Of a stretch of DNA of 64,000 bases, positions 53,260 through 64,000 are shown piece by piece. The notes under the pieces were generated by a model. That model saw only the letters and a program-made list of their open reading frames with translations. It was not told the origin of the DNA and did no database searches. Origin of the DNA: Eledone cirrhosa. Its lineage: Eukaryota. Made by a program: the position numbers and the translations under genes. Within the stretch, counting starts at the first letter, position 1. Each line of letters starts with the position of its first letter. The DNA lies in NCBI GenBank assembly GCA_964016885.1, contig OZ024741.1, positions 233,926,001 through 233,990,000 of the forward strand, written 5' to 3'.

Positions 53260-54960
53260 CATCATCATCATTTTACGTCCGCTTTTCCCTGCTTGCAAGG
53301 GTGGTACGTATATATAGATATATAGAAAGAGGGTGTTAGGAGGAATTAAGGGCTGAAACACTTGCTTGATGGAAGTTCTTCCTCTGAAGATTCTCCTGCT
53401 GTCCGCTTGCCCCATCGGAAGTTTCTGCCTATTATATATATATCATCATCATCATTTTATCATCCGCTTTCCCTGCTAGCAAGGGTTGTATGGGTTTACA
53501 TAGATCAAGTCAGTATTGAAGTGGGGTTACTGATCTCCCAGACAGGCCAGGGATCTGCATCTCGCTTCTGTATGGTCACACGTTCTACCATGTGTGCAGG
53601 AGCAGTTGTCATGTCTTTGAAACAACTAGAGGGTCCTCCCAACCCTATGTTTGGCAAGCTTTCTATGGCTAGAGGCCAAATGATTTTACATCGTGTAGAT
53701 CACCAACACTAGGAGGTTGTCATGTCCTTGCCATAACTGAGGGGTCCTCAAAACACTTTGTTTGATAAGCTTTCTATGGTTGGATGCCCTTCCTATCACC
53801 AACCACTTTACTGCATGTACTGGGTGCTTTTATTGTGTAGGCAGCCAAACACTAGGGTGGCTGTCCTGACCTTGACATAACTGAAGAGTCTTCCCAAACC
53901 TTTGTTTAGCATGTCCTCTACAACTGGATACTCTTTCCATCACCAACCACTTCACAAGGGGCCAGCAGCTAGGAATGGGGGTGTGGTGAGGCTGGTGTAA
54001 GGGTGTTGGGAATAACTGTTAGTGAGTGGTAGTGAAAAGAGGGGAACTGGGGGGTAGGTCAGGCCACACATTATGTTGCAGGTTGGTTCTTCTTCAGCAC
54101 TGCATAGCACCAACCCTTGCGGTCTTTAGTCATTTCTGTTGTGAGTTTTAGTTTTTTAAGGTTGTTTTTCACAACAGCATCCCATGTTTGCCTGAGTCTG
54201 CCTTTTCTACAAATCCCAGCCAGCTTTATGCAACTGTTATCTTCCATGTGCATCAGTCTTCTCTCTTGCACACTTCATCCAATTCCACTTTTGCCAAGTT
54301 TTTTTCTGGTTGCTTATGCTATGTCACTCATGCACACTAACATTATACATTTATCAGAGCATACTCGACTCATTTCTTTATAGCCTCTGCAGGTCTTCTG
54401 CAGTCAAGGTCCATGTTTCACTGCTATGTAACATTGCAGTTCGCACACAGGCATCATACAGTGTACCCTTCACTCAGAGAAAAGCATTTTGTTGATAGCA
54501 GCAGTAATAGACCTCCAAACTTCTTTCAGCTGTTCTTATCCCAGCTATCACATTTTCTGCACATCCTCCCCCACTGCTAATTTGATTGCCAAGGTAGCAA
54601 AAGCTGTCAACAACGTCTGGTGAGCCCCTGGTAGCTGAAGGAATCTATTTCACGTGTGTTCTTTGTGCTCACTTCACCTCTATTCCCACTACATCTTTGC
54701 ATCCATAGTTTACATTATGAGCACCTTATGTAATTTCTGCCCACCCTTTTCAGACATATCGAACAAGGCCACTTTCCTGATACTATCTCCTTGTCTTTCC
54801 TATTTATTAAGACTTTTGTCTTCACTAAATTTACTTTTAGGCCTTTCGACTCTAGCTACTTCAATTCTTGAAATTTTGCCTCTAACTCACATATGGATTC
54901 AGCTATGAGGACTAGATCATCAGCATATAGGAGTTGCCATGACATACCAGTTTTAAACTC
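53260..54960 (-). mobile_element. Decayed RTE fragment (54070-54960) with repetitive 3' UTR and tail pieces (53260-54000)
   Basis: EEFKTGMSWQLLYADD, LYDACVRTAMLHSSETW and RLRQTWD; GGATGCCCTTCCT motif and CATCATTTTACGTCCG tails. Confidence 0.78.
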
Positions 54961-55034
54961 CTCAGTTATATATAGATATATATATATAACCCTTGCTAGC
55001 AGGGATGTTAAAACGACAATGATGATTATATATA

Positions 55035-55855
55035 AATTCAAGCATGTTTTGCAGTGTGAGGACCAGAAACAGGAGGTGTTCAGGATTGCGAGGCAGTGTG
55101 TTAGAGAAAATTGTGATGTCATTGGAGAGAAGTGTGTCCGGAATGATAAAGGTGAGCTTGCCCTCACAAGTGCCGAGAAGAAAGCTGTGTGGAAGAGCCA
55201 TTATGAAAGATTACTAAATGAGGAGAATGCATGGGAGAAAGAGACTCTGCCCCAAGTGGACCCTATAGAGGGACCAGCAATACAAGTCAGCAGCAGCATA
55301 GTAAGTAAGGCAATTAAAATATGAAGTCTGGGAAGGCAACCGGTCCATCAGGTATAGCTGCCAAGATGCTGAAAGCATCTGGGTCGGTAGGTCAGACCAT
55401 AACCACACGTATTGTTAACCAGGTAATACCACACGTATGGTCAGACCGTAACCAATAAAAAATAAGCTGCTCTACCTGGCATTTGTTGATCTGGAAAAAG
55501 CCTTAAACAGAGTACCCCGTACTATAATCTTGTGGGCTCTTAGAAAACTAAGAGTAGATGAATGGTTTGTGAAAGCTGTACAATCCATGTATAGAGGAGC
55601 AGTCAGCAAAGTTAGGGTTAACAATGACTATAACAAGGAATTTAGCATACGGGTCGGTATCCACCAGGGCTCTGTTCTTAGCCCTCTCCTGTTTATTATA
55701 GTATTGCAGGCTATAACAGAAGTTTAAGACCGGATGCCCATGCCAAAATCAGTTCCAGTATGAGCAAGACAAGGTCACCCAACATTGCCCACAACAGGAA
55801 AACCCGTCTAACCCATGCTAGCATGGAAGAATGGATGTAAAACGGTGATGGTGAT
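55035..55855 (+). mobile_element. Internally deleted RTE fragment with tail
   Basis: WKSHYERLLNEENAW, MKSGKATGPSG, FVDLEKA and GIHQGSVLSPLLF, then a jump to the 3' tail. Confidence 0.8.
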
Positions 55856-56269
55856 AATATATACTCACTAGCCGAGTAGCCAATCTTTGCCAGACAATTT
55901 TTTCCCCATTGAGCACCTTTATTTCAATTTTTCTTATTCCATGTCAGATCATGCCTCATCATCTGTTACTTATTCCTCGTGAATTGTCAATCATTCCCAA
56001 GGTGGTTTCTATGGAAATTTACACAGTGGATCTATATGTTGAAATGGTATCAGTGGCTTGTTGTGTACATTAGTGTAAGTAAACATCAGGTGACCTCTGT
56101 GAGGACAACTCTCTGCCTCATAGTGAATACAATACTCTCTGCTGATGGCATGAATAGATGGAATAAGGTCACATCAAAGGAATGCATGAAATGGTCAATA
56201 AAAGTTAGACTACTTAAATTGTCATAGAAACAGTAATTGATATTATTACTTTTTCTATTTTTTAAGCGT

Positions 56270-57170
56270 AAATGAACTGAGAGAAACTGGGTATAAGAGG
56301 GATCAGAGGCAGTGTGCAGGAGAGGAGATTGTGATGGTATGGACATGTGATATGTATGATGAATGACAGCTGTATAAAAAGGTGCAGGGTGCTCAAAGTT
56401 GATGGAAGCTATGGAAGAGGAAGACCTAGAAAAGCTTGGGATGAGGTAATAAAAGCCCACCTCACACAATTGTACCTCTCAAAGGTGATGACACAGGGTC
56501 GTGATCATTGGCATTATGGAGTATGGCATAAGACCTGCTTTCCCATGTGCATGGGATAAAGCAACATCTAGTGGTCTCTAGTATGCACCACTTTTCCCAT
56601 TCCCTTCATACATCCCCATATCTTAACACTCGACCCTTCACCAGTGAAGTACCCTACCCTACCCTACATGCATCCTCCACTTTCCACTTTAAGACACCTC
56701 CCTTGACCTACTTCACCAACCCCTCCCTACATGCATGCACTCCCCCAATTTTCACTTCTGATGCCCCCCCCCCCCTTTCCCTGACAAACCCATGTATACA
56801 AGCATGGAAAGATGAACACTTCCACAACACTGCTGAAATGGCTAAAAGTGTTCAGCCCACCCTATAAGGCGGTCATTCTGCTGACACACCAAAAGTTCCT
56901 AGTCCACCATGTAAGGTGCTCATGTTGGTACCATGACAAAAGCACCCAGCCTACACTGTAAAGTGCTCATTTTGGTGTCACAACAAACAGTGGCCAGTCC
57001 ATGCTGTAAATATGGTTGGTGTTAGGAAGGACATCCAGCTGTAGAGACCAAGCCAGAAATAGTCGTGTGTGAGCATGTCATGGTTATCTAACCTGACTTA
57101 TTTCTCAATGAGACAACTCATCTAACCCATGCTAGCATGGAAAATTAGAGATTAAAAGATAATGATGATA
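56270..57170 (+). mobile_element. Decayed RTE 3' fragment and 3' UTR
   Basis: WYGHVICM...GRGRPRKAWDEVIKA; tail motif GTTAGGAAGGACATCCAGCTGTAGA. Confidence 0.78.
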
Positions 57171-57234
57171 CAGATATATATATATATATATATATATAAC
57201 TTGGACCTACTATAAACTGAATGAGAGGAGAAAA

Positions 57235-57580
57235 TATATCAATGGTTTTAAAAAATTCGGTGCCTAACATTAGCTGTAGGATCTCAAACTTATTATCTAA
57301 TAGAGAAACATTCGAGAAGGCAGCGCCGTACTCCAACAAAGCCCTCCAAGATAGTGAATTCAGAGAAAAGATCAAATACATGCTTTATAGACCTCCAGGA
57401 AAAAATAGGAAAAGAAAAATAATTTGGTTTGCCCCTCCATTCTCACATAATGTAAAAACTTATGTAGATAAGAAATTTTTAGACCTAATTCATAAACACT
57501 TTACTCCATAACATAGGTGCAGCAAAATTTTCAATTGCCATTCGGTGGGGATATCTTATTCTTTCACACCATCCATGAAA
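57235..57580 (+). pseudogene. Penelope-like element internal relic (thumb/linker region, different clade from 13131-14294)
   Basis: ISCRISNLLSNRETFEKAAPY..AL..S.F and RKRKIIWFAPPFSHNVKT...FLDLIHKHF..KIFN..ISYS. Confidence 0.72.
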
Positions 57581-58164
57581 TCCCAGATGATCACAAAGAA
57601 TAAACTAAATTCAAGTAGGTATGGTCCAGGACTGATTTAAACAAAGGTTCTACTTGCACTTCTCATTCGGGCATCCAAACATGATAACTAGCAGTGCTGG
57701 CAAAAAGGGTGTGGTAACTAAAAGAAAAAGGAGTCGTGCATAGTGTAACACGGAAAGTACTCAGTTCATACCATACATAAATGGAACGAAGAGATGCCCA
57801 CTCTACCTCAGTGAAAAATTTAGGATTTTGCAAGGATTATACTCACCGAGCAAATATCTAAACTCCAAGACTAAAGCATCAGAAGGGCCATCACCTGTCC
57901 AACTGGAATCCCACACTACAAGATGCCCTCTCAACAGACCTAAATCATCCATGAGTTTATTCATGCACAAAAAATTACACACATTACATTCACACAATGT
58001 GTGCCTTCTTACAAAATCATTGTATTCTAGCTAGCACACATTCAATTAATTATTTTTTTTTTTGCATGTTCAGTGTTTAATTATTGTGAAGCTTTTAGAA
58101 ATGATTTAAATGTTTTCAAAATAACTTGCACACTAGATTACACACAGACATTTATAACTATATT

Positions 58165-58690
58165 CCATCAAGGGTTACCTCTCTTGACGGTGCATTCCTC
58201 ACCAGGGAGGGATTTTATGTTTACAACCATCATTCTATCTCACTTTCTGATAAGTATGAAATCTATTAGGCTGATGAGCTCACCTGATCTATAGGTGATT
58301 AAGTGGTTGTCGAGTCTTTTGAAGTTAGTGTTACAGATCATTTGTGTCAGAATTCCTGGAGCCTGGATCCTGTAGAAGTCATCACTCTGTTGCCCAACAT
58401 GTCCATTAAAGTTTCCTGCTATGATTAAAAGTTCCTTTTCACTCACTAGAGAATTAAGCATTCGTAAAAACAGTCTTTTAGTCCCGATATAGTGTATATG
58501 CAGTTATAATAGTTAGTTATAACTATCTAGGACTATCCTGAGTTTAATGATTCTGTCATTTACTCTGTTTGCTGTGATTGCATTATTTATCCATTTTTCT
58601 GCTACCTACTCCATTTATCCTGTAATCATTACCTACCTAGAAAAATTTATAGCATAATTTTTTTGCCAACAAGTAGTCTGGCTGAAATAA
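58165..58690 (-). pseudogene. Decayed RTE APE-endonuclease fragment
   Basis: IIAGNFNGHVG, ICNTNFKR...HLITYRSG...IDFILIRK. Confidence 0.75.
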
Positions 58691-58799
58691 AGAAGGTTCG
58701 CTTGGTTGCCTGTAGTCGAGTGAATTCATGCCGAAAAGAAATTTCTAGCTGCCACACAATCCACCAAAACACACCTTATCGTAATAGCAATGCTGCTGC

Positions 58800-59205
58800 T
58801 TCTTCTTCTCCTCCTCCTCTTTCCTGAGAGGGTCGTTGGGGCAGAGTCCTCAAACACTCATTCCAGCAAGTCCTCTTAAAAGCAACATCTCCAACTGATC
58901 CAGCTGGATCTCCAAGCGTGACCAGCCAAGTTCATAGATGTTGTCCAACCATCTTGCTCTGGGTCTCCTTCTGGTTGGTTTTGCCCATAAAATTTGTCCA
59001 GCAATTCTTTCCTGAGACATTCTAACCACATGCCCATAGTATCGGAGCTGTAATCTCTCAATTTGGAGCAGTAGCTGCTCTACCTGGAGTGACTCTCCGA
59101 GTTACTCTATCAATGTTGCTCCAAAGACCCTTTAGAAGAACTCCATTTTGGCCGCTTGTATTTGCAATTGTATTCTTTCGGTCATTACCCAAGATTCATG
59201 ACCAT
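58800..59205 (-). pseudogene. Decayed RTE/Expander-like 3' fragment
   Basis: Minus strand QIERLQLRYYGHVVRMSQERIA...RRPRARWLDNI; ends in a (GAA/GGA)n tail. Confidence 0.65.
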
Positions 59206-60590
59206 TGCAATGCCAGATTAAAAATTAAAATATTTTAGTGCTACTGCTGTTTGATTGGTCCTCAGGTATGGTGGTGTGTGGGGTGGGTGGGCAGTAAAAT
59301 GGGGAGAAGTATGTTCCTATTTATTTCTTAATACGATTGTTTTTGTTTTTTTAGCAAGAAATGTATATTTAATTTTCTAAAAACGAACTTCAAATGTACA
59401 CGCTCATATACATATATAAACATGCATACATATGTACATATACATGTTTATATGTAAACACACTCACATACACATATATGTAACACTAAACTGTGCTCTA
59501 GACAAATTGTTTGGGAGGAAAGAGACAAGGAATGAAATGTTTAGCTTTCATGACCAAAAAAAGACTTTTGTAGCAATTATTTCCAAGTATAGATTTCAAT
59601 GGGCTCTCAGAAATCCTGCCACAGTAATTTATATGCCCCTCCCCCCTCCAATCCTGCGATTACAGTTGTTTCTATGTTACTCTCATTTGTATACATGTCT
59701 CTCTCTCTCTGCCTACAATAAAATATTGGCTGGAACTTTCACGTAATATTTCTTAAATATGATTGATTTCTTAGTAGTATTTATGTGTGTGTGTATATGT
59801 ATGTATGTATATATATATATATGTGTGTGTGATGTATTGTGTCTTGAGGGTTCCATGTTGGCATCAGTTAGACAAGATATTTTATGGCCAATTGGTTACT
59901 GTTCTTATTTAACCCCAGATTATACTGCTATAACTAGCAAATCATGAACCACTCAGCTCCCTAATTGGCAAGTATAGATACTGAAGGTTTAGAGTTATGC
60001 TCTACATCCTTCCTCACAATTGATAACTCTAGTTTTGTGGGTCCAGTGTTTCTCTTTGTATACCTCCCTTACCAGTAAAAACCTCAACAATTAATTGATT
60101 TGTGTTCATTGCAAGAAAGAAAGGAACTAAAGGACTATATGTGCTAAAGCTTACCTTATCTGTCACCCTTAGGCAAGACAGTAAACACAACTTCATGCCA
60201 ACAGTTTCTGCTTCTCATCAAGGTTTGTAGGTCATCCTTGTCAATTCCAGTGTCTCTTGCTATGGCATCCTGGTCACTGTGCACAAAATATAAGATGGCT
60301 TCACACTTCATGCCATCACCATCATCATCACCACACCTACCGCCATCATTGCCATTACCACCATCACCACCACATTATCATCTACACAGCAGATTTGGAC
60401 ACAATCAGCTCATAAATCACGAGGTTCGCTACTTTGTCATATTCTCAGGGAAAAAAAGTTTTGAGAAACATGTCAACAAAAATTATGTAAAAAAACAAAA
60501 CAAAAAAACAATTTTTTGTTCTCAGATGCATGGCCAGTGAGCAAACAAGTGATTTCTTTTCTTCTTATAGTATACAAACCTATACAAACT

Positions 60591-60854
60591 TACTCTTGGG
60601 TCTCAAATAATCATTCCCCCGTTTATTAAATTTTGCTAATCTATCTCTGGCAAAATTTTATTTTAAATGGTAGCATTTCTATGACGATCAATTTTCTACA
60701 TTACTAGAAATCCCATATGTTATAAAATAGATAGAATAGGTTGGGGTCTCAATGTGTAAACTAAATGACTAATTTTGGTTTTTAAAAAATCAATGGAGAC
60801 AACCTAGAAAAATTATTCTCCCCCCTCCCCCCACTTATTTGGGACCCAAGAGTA
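60591..60854. mobile_element. MITE with 18-bp TIRs and TA target-site duplication (Tc1/mariner-superfamily style)
   Basis: TA-CTCTTGGGTCTCAAATAA ... TTATTTGGGACCCAAGAG-TA (19/20 match); non-coding interior. Confidence 0.7.
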
Positions 60855-61014
60855 GGTGCTCCACAGTATTTGGTGGCATCAAAGTTCTTAGTCTAGGCCT
60901 ACAAAAAGAGTCGTCGTTCACTTTCTCGTCGTTCCATGTGTCAAGGCATCACTGCTGCTTTTGCAAAGAAGTGATGAATTCAAGGTTTTTTTTTTTTTAG
61001 GGGGGGGGGGGGGG

Positions 61015-61342
61015 TGCTAGTGATTAATCACTCAGAATACTCATCAGTTTCTACCAACTTGTGATTGGCCAGGAAACTCTTGTGCCACTCGAAGATCAAT
61101 ACTTGATTGGCTGGGAAATTCATGTGCCACTCGAAGATCAATACTTGATTGGCTAGGAAACTCATGTGCCACTTGAAAACCAATATCTAACTAGCTGGAA
61201 AACGAATGTGCCACTTGAAGAACTGTGTTCAACCTCAAGAAAGTTTGCCAAAAGCATTTTGTGGGTCTTGACAACAGATTTGCTGAGGTTTTTTTTAGCA
61301 AAATTCAATGCAAGCATATTGCTTGGATTTGTCAGCCATCAT
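61015..61342 (-). pseudogene. Mariner transposase N-terminal relic containing a 42-bp tandem repeat
   Basis: Minus strand MMADKSKQYACIEFC*KNLSKSVVKTHKML...FFKWH...FEWH...VETDEYS resembles mariner QRxxIKFC..LGKS..ET..ML / FEWH / VEDDxRSGRP. The repeat units start at 61062, 61104, 61146 and ~61188. Confidence 0.7.
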
Positions 61343-61640
61343 TAGACCCTATCTAACTCAATATTAGAAATTCATACACAATAACTGAACATTAATAGGT
61401 AGTATGAAACCTATTTGGAGACTGACTCTGCAGGCTGGCTACCAATGATTGTCAGTTGTGTACACATTTCTGTTGAGTAATATGATCACATCTCATGCAG
61501 TAGGGAAACGGTTTCATAACACATCAGGTGTTCAATTAGTTCTCACAGTCAGCCAATCTAAAATCATATTTATGTATTTTATAAAAAGTAAACCATGTTT
61601 TTATTTTCTGTAATAAAAATATGTTTTCAATTATTTTCAG

Positions 61641-61812
61641 ATAAACCTTGACCTGTTCAAGAGCAGTTTTAGACCAAGAGTTTAGATGTTTTTATGATGA
61701 AATCATTCTAGAGATATACCTGATACTGAACCCATATGACATCTGTTAACACAGAAAACCCTGTACGAGCTGACCAACATGACCACTGTAGCAGTTTCAG
61801 TTAAGGCCAGTG
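61641..61812 (+). CDS. Probable host-gene exon: 5' UTR plus start codon at 61779 (MTTVAVSVKAS, phase-1 intron); product unknown
   Basis: Acceptor TTATTTTCAG| after T-rich sequence, donor G|GTGAGT, ATG in a CAACATG context; non-repetitive sequence. Confidence 0.5.
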
Positions 61813-61929
61813 GTGAGTTTATATTTAACTACAAAGTTATCTCACTTGGGTAAATAAATATATTTAGAACTTTCCTTGTGGCTAAGTATTTATTTAACAG
61901 AGATTGGTTAACAATTTGGGTTAGAAGCT

Positions 61930-62036
61930 ATGTCTGTGACTGTGTTATAGATGTGTATGACTGTGTTATAGATGTGTATAACTCTATTATAGATGCATGT
62001 GACTTATAGATGTGTGTGACTGTTATAGATGTATAG
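61930..62036. repeat. Short ~20-bp tandem repeat (TGACTGTGTTATAGATGTGTA-like)
   Basis: About five degenerate units. Confidence 0.8.
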
Positions 62037-62239
62037 TTTGTGGTACATTGCCATCAATACCTACTTCCAACATAACCAACTCTCCAAAATGTTGGTGCCC
62101 CATTTGATTTATTTTTGTATGCTTGATGCATTGATTGCCAGAGATGTTAGGAAAAGCAGAATAACTTTTAGTGAATTGGTCACAGGGTTATTTACTTTGG
62201 TAAACGCCACTGCAGGCCAACCACTAATTAAATTTGATA

Positions 62240-63458
62240 CAAATATAATAAGGTTAACAGACTCGCTCGTGAGTGAACTGTCCGAGAGCCGGTCGCCAAA
62301 TAAGCTAAGATGTCTCTTCTCCCTCCTTTATAATCCCTAGACTGGAAGTTCAAGGAATCTTCTAGAATTCAACGGGAAGTAACTTCAATTAGTTTTTTCT
62401 CCCCCTGGCAAGGTGGTGCTAGTCGCTACAAAGCTCCCCTCCAGACGATAGTTGATAATAACCGTAAGGTCATTGTAGCGAGGAGCAGTAGAATAAGGAG
62501 CAAGCAAAACAAAAGGTACATAAATTACAATGGTTTGTAACAGAAGCAAAGTATGAAAATAAACATGCAGAAAAATGTAACTGGAACAATACAATTCAAA
62601 ACAGTACAAGGGAGCAAGGAAAATAGTGCTCAAAAATAAGTTCAAAATTTTTCAAAATCAAATAGTTAATGCTACTAGGGGTTAGACGAATATTGTTTTT
62701 GAGGGTTTCCGTGGCCATATTACTGTCCTGCCACTTCGTGTGACCTATGGTTGTGTGGTATGTGGTGTTTGCGGTGGAGGTGAAGGTGCATGTGCGAGGT
62801 ATGTCAGGCAATGATGTGAGACTTTCAGAGAAAGCCTTCTTTGCTCTGTCAACGGATATTACCTCTTTTTGACCATTGACACTGTAAAGTGTTTTGGTGT
62901 GTGCGAAAGCACACAAAAAGGTCCATTGTAGGGTGACGTACGAGATCCCTTGATGGAATCATTCTGTATGAAAATGTGTGTCCACGTAGAGATGTCCGAT
63001 GGGACAGCAGAAGAAATAGATTGGTCACGAGGGTTCATTGGTGGAAGATCCGAGAAATACGAACAAATCCTGGTAACATATGATGCTGGGTCAAGATGTG
63101 ATGAATCCACTGGTCCAGGAAGAGACAATGTGGTACCATAAAGAAATTCAGCAGAAGAAAAACCTAAATCTGTCTTAATGGCAGAACGACAACCAAGAAG
63201 CACGATTGGCAAAAATTTGGTCCAACGTTGCGGATCAAGAGTAGCTGGAAGTGCAGCTTTCAACTGTCTATGAAACCTCTTGACCATTCCATTGGAGACT
63301 GGATGATAGCTGGTCGTATGAATGTGATGAGCACCCAAGAGTCGTGATATTTCACAAAATAAGGAAGCTTCAAATTGGCATCCACGATCCGTAGTTATTT
63401 TAGTAGGAACACCAAAATGAGCAATCCAATTGGAAATGAAAGCTCGGGCAACGGACTC
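62240..63458 (-). mobile_element. Gypsy/Ty3 LTR retrotransposon 3' part: integrase core and C-terminus, PPT and candidate 3' LTR
   Basis: WIAHFGVPTKITTDRGCQF, TTSYHPVSNGMVKRFHRQLK, PYNGPF and ISVDRAK. Minus-strand PPT CTGGAGGGGAG (62434-62444) is followed by TGTAGCG at 62430. The LTR far end is not defined. Confidence 0.82.
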
Positions 63459-63459
63459 A

Positions 63460-64000
63460 GGCCACCGTGGCAGCTATGCCGTGGTGAAGCTTATTACGGC
63501 TCGATTTTTCTGGCCTAATATGCGTCGTTTAATCACCGGTTGGGCACATTCTTGTTTGAAGTATCAGCGCTCTAAGATTTATTGGCATGTCCGCGCTCCT
63601 CTTGGGAAATTCAGCCCGCCAGACGCACATTTCCGTCATATTCACATGGATATTGTTGGTCCATGGCCCGTTAGTCGTGGGTTCACATACATATTGACTT
63701 GTATCGATCACTTCTCTCGGTGGCCTGAAGCCATACCCTTAGTGGACATAACAGCAGAGTCCGTTGCCCGATCTTTCATTTCCAATTGGATTGCTCGCTT
63801 TGGTGTTCCTACTAAAATAACTACGGAACGTGGATGCCAATTTGAAGCTTCCTTATTTTGTGAAATATCACGACTCTTGGGTGCTCATTACATTCATACG
63901 ACCAGCTATCATCCAGCCTCCAATGGAATGGTCGAGAGGTTTCATAGACAGTTGAAAGCGCACTTCGCGCTACTCCTGATCCGCACCGTTGGACCGAATT
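63460..64000 (+). mobile_element. Gypsy integrase fragment (zinc-finger remnant and core), second copy in opposite orientation
   Basis: GHRG...RFFWPNM...SCLKYQRSK...IHMDIVGP...LTCIDHFSRWPEAIP...YHPASNGMVERFHRQLK; 1-bp frameshift near 63960. Confidence 0.88.

Overview
Eukaryotic, repeat-dominated window, most likely from an octopod cephalopod; this is inferred from SINE/RTE tail motifs I recognise and is not database-verified. Bases 1-45.4 kb are a very large (TA)n-derived microsatellite field whose motif changes in blocks, with one 200-N gap. Nested in it are truncated retroelements: several RTE LINE copies, two CR1-group LINE RT fragments, a Naiad-like Penelope element (GIY-YIG) and a tRNA/CORE SINE. 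All long Tyr/Ile ORFs in the track are microsatellite artefacts. The most interesting signal is a set of eight sequence-unrelated type I hammerhead ribozyme motifs between 9.5 and 37.1 kb. Seven lie in short non-coding islands in the TA field, three of them with partial inverted repeats, and one lies directly 3' of the Penelope ORF. This points to many Penelope/retrozyme-like families accumulating in (TA)n. Bases 45.4-64 kb are ordinary intergenic/intronic DNA with decayed RTE, Penelope and mariner relics, a MITE, a head-to-head Gypsy integrase duplication and one probable host exon with a start codon (61641-61812).
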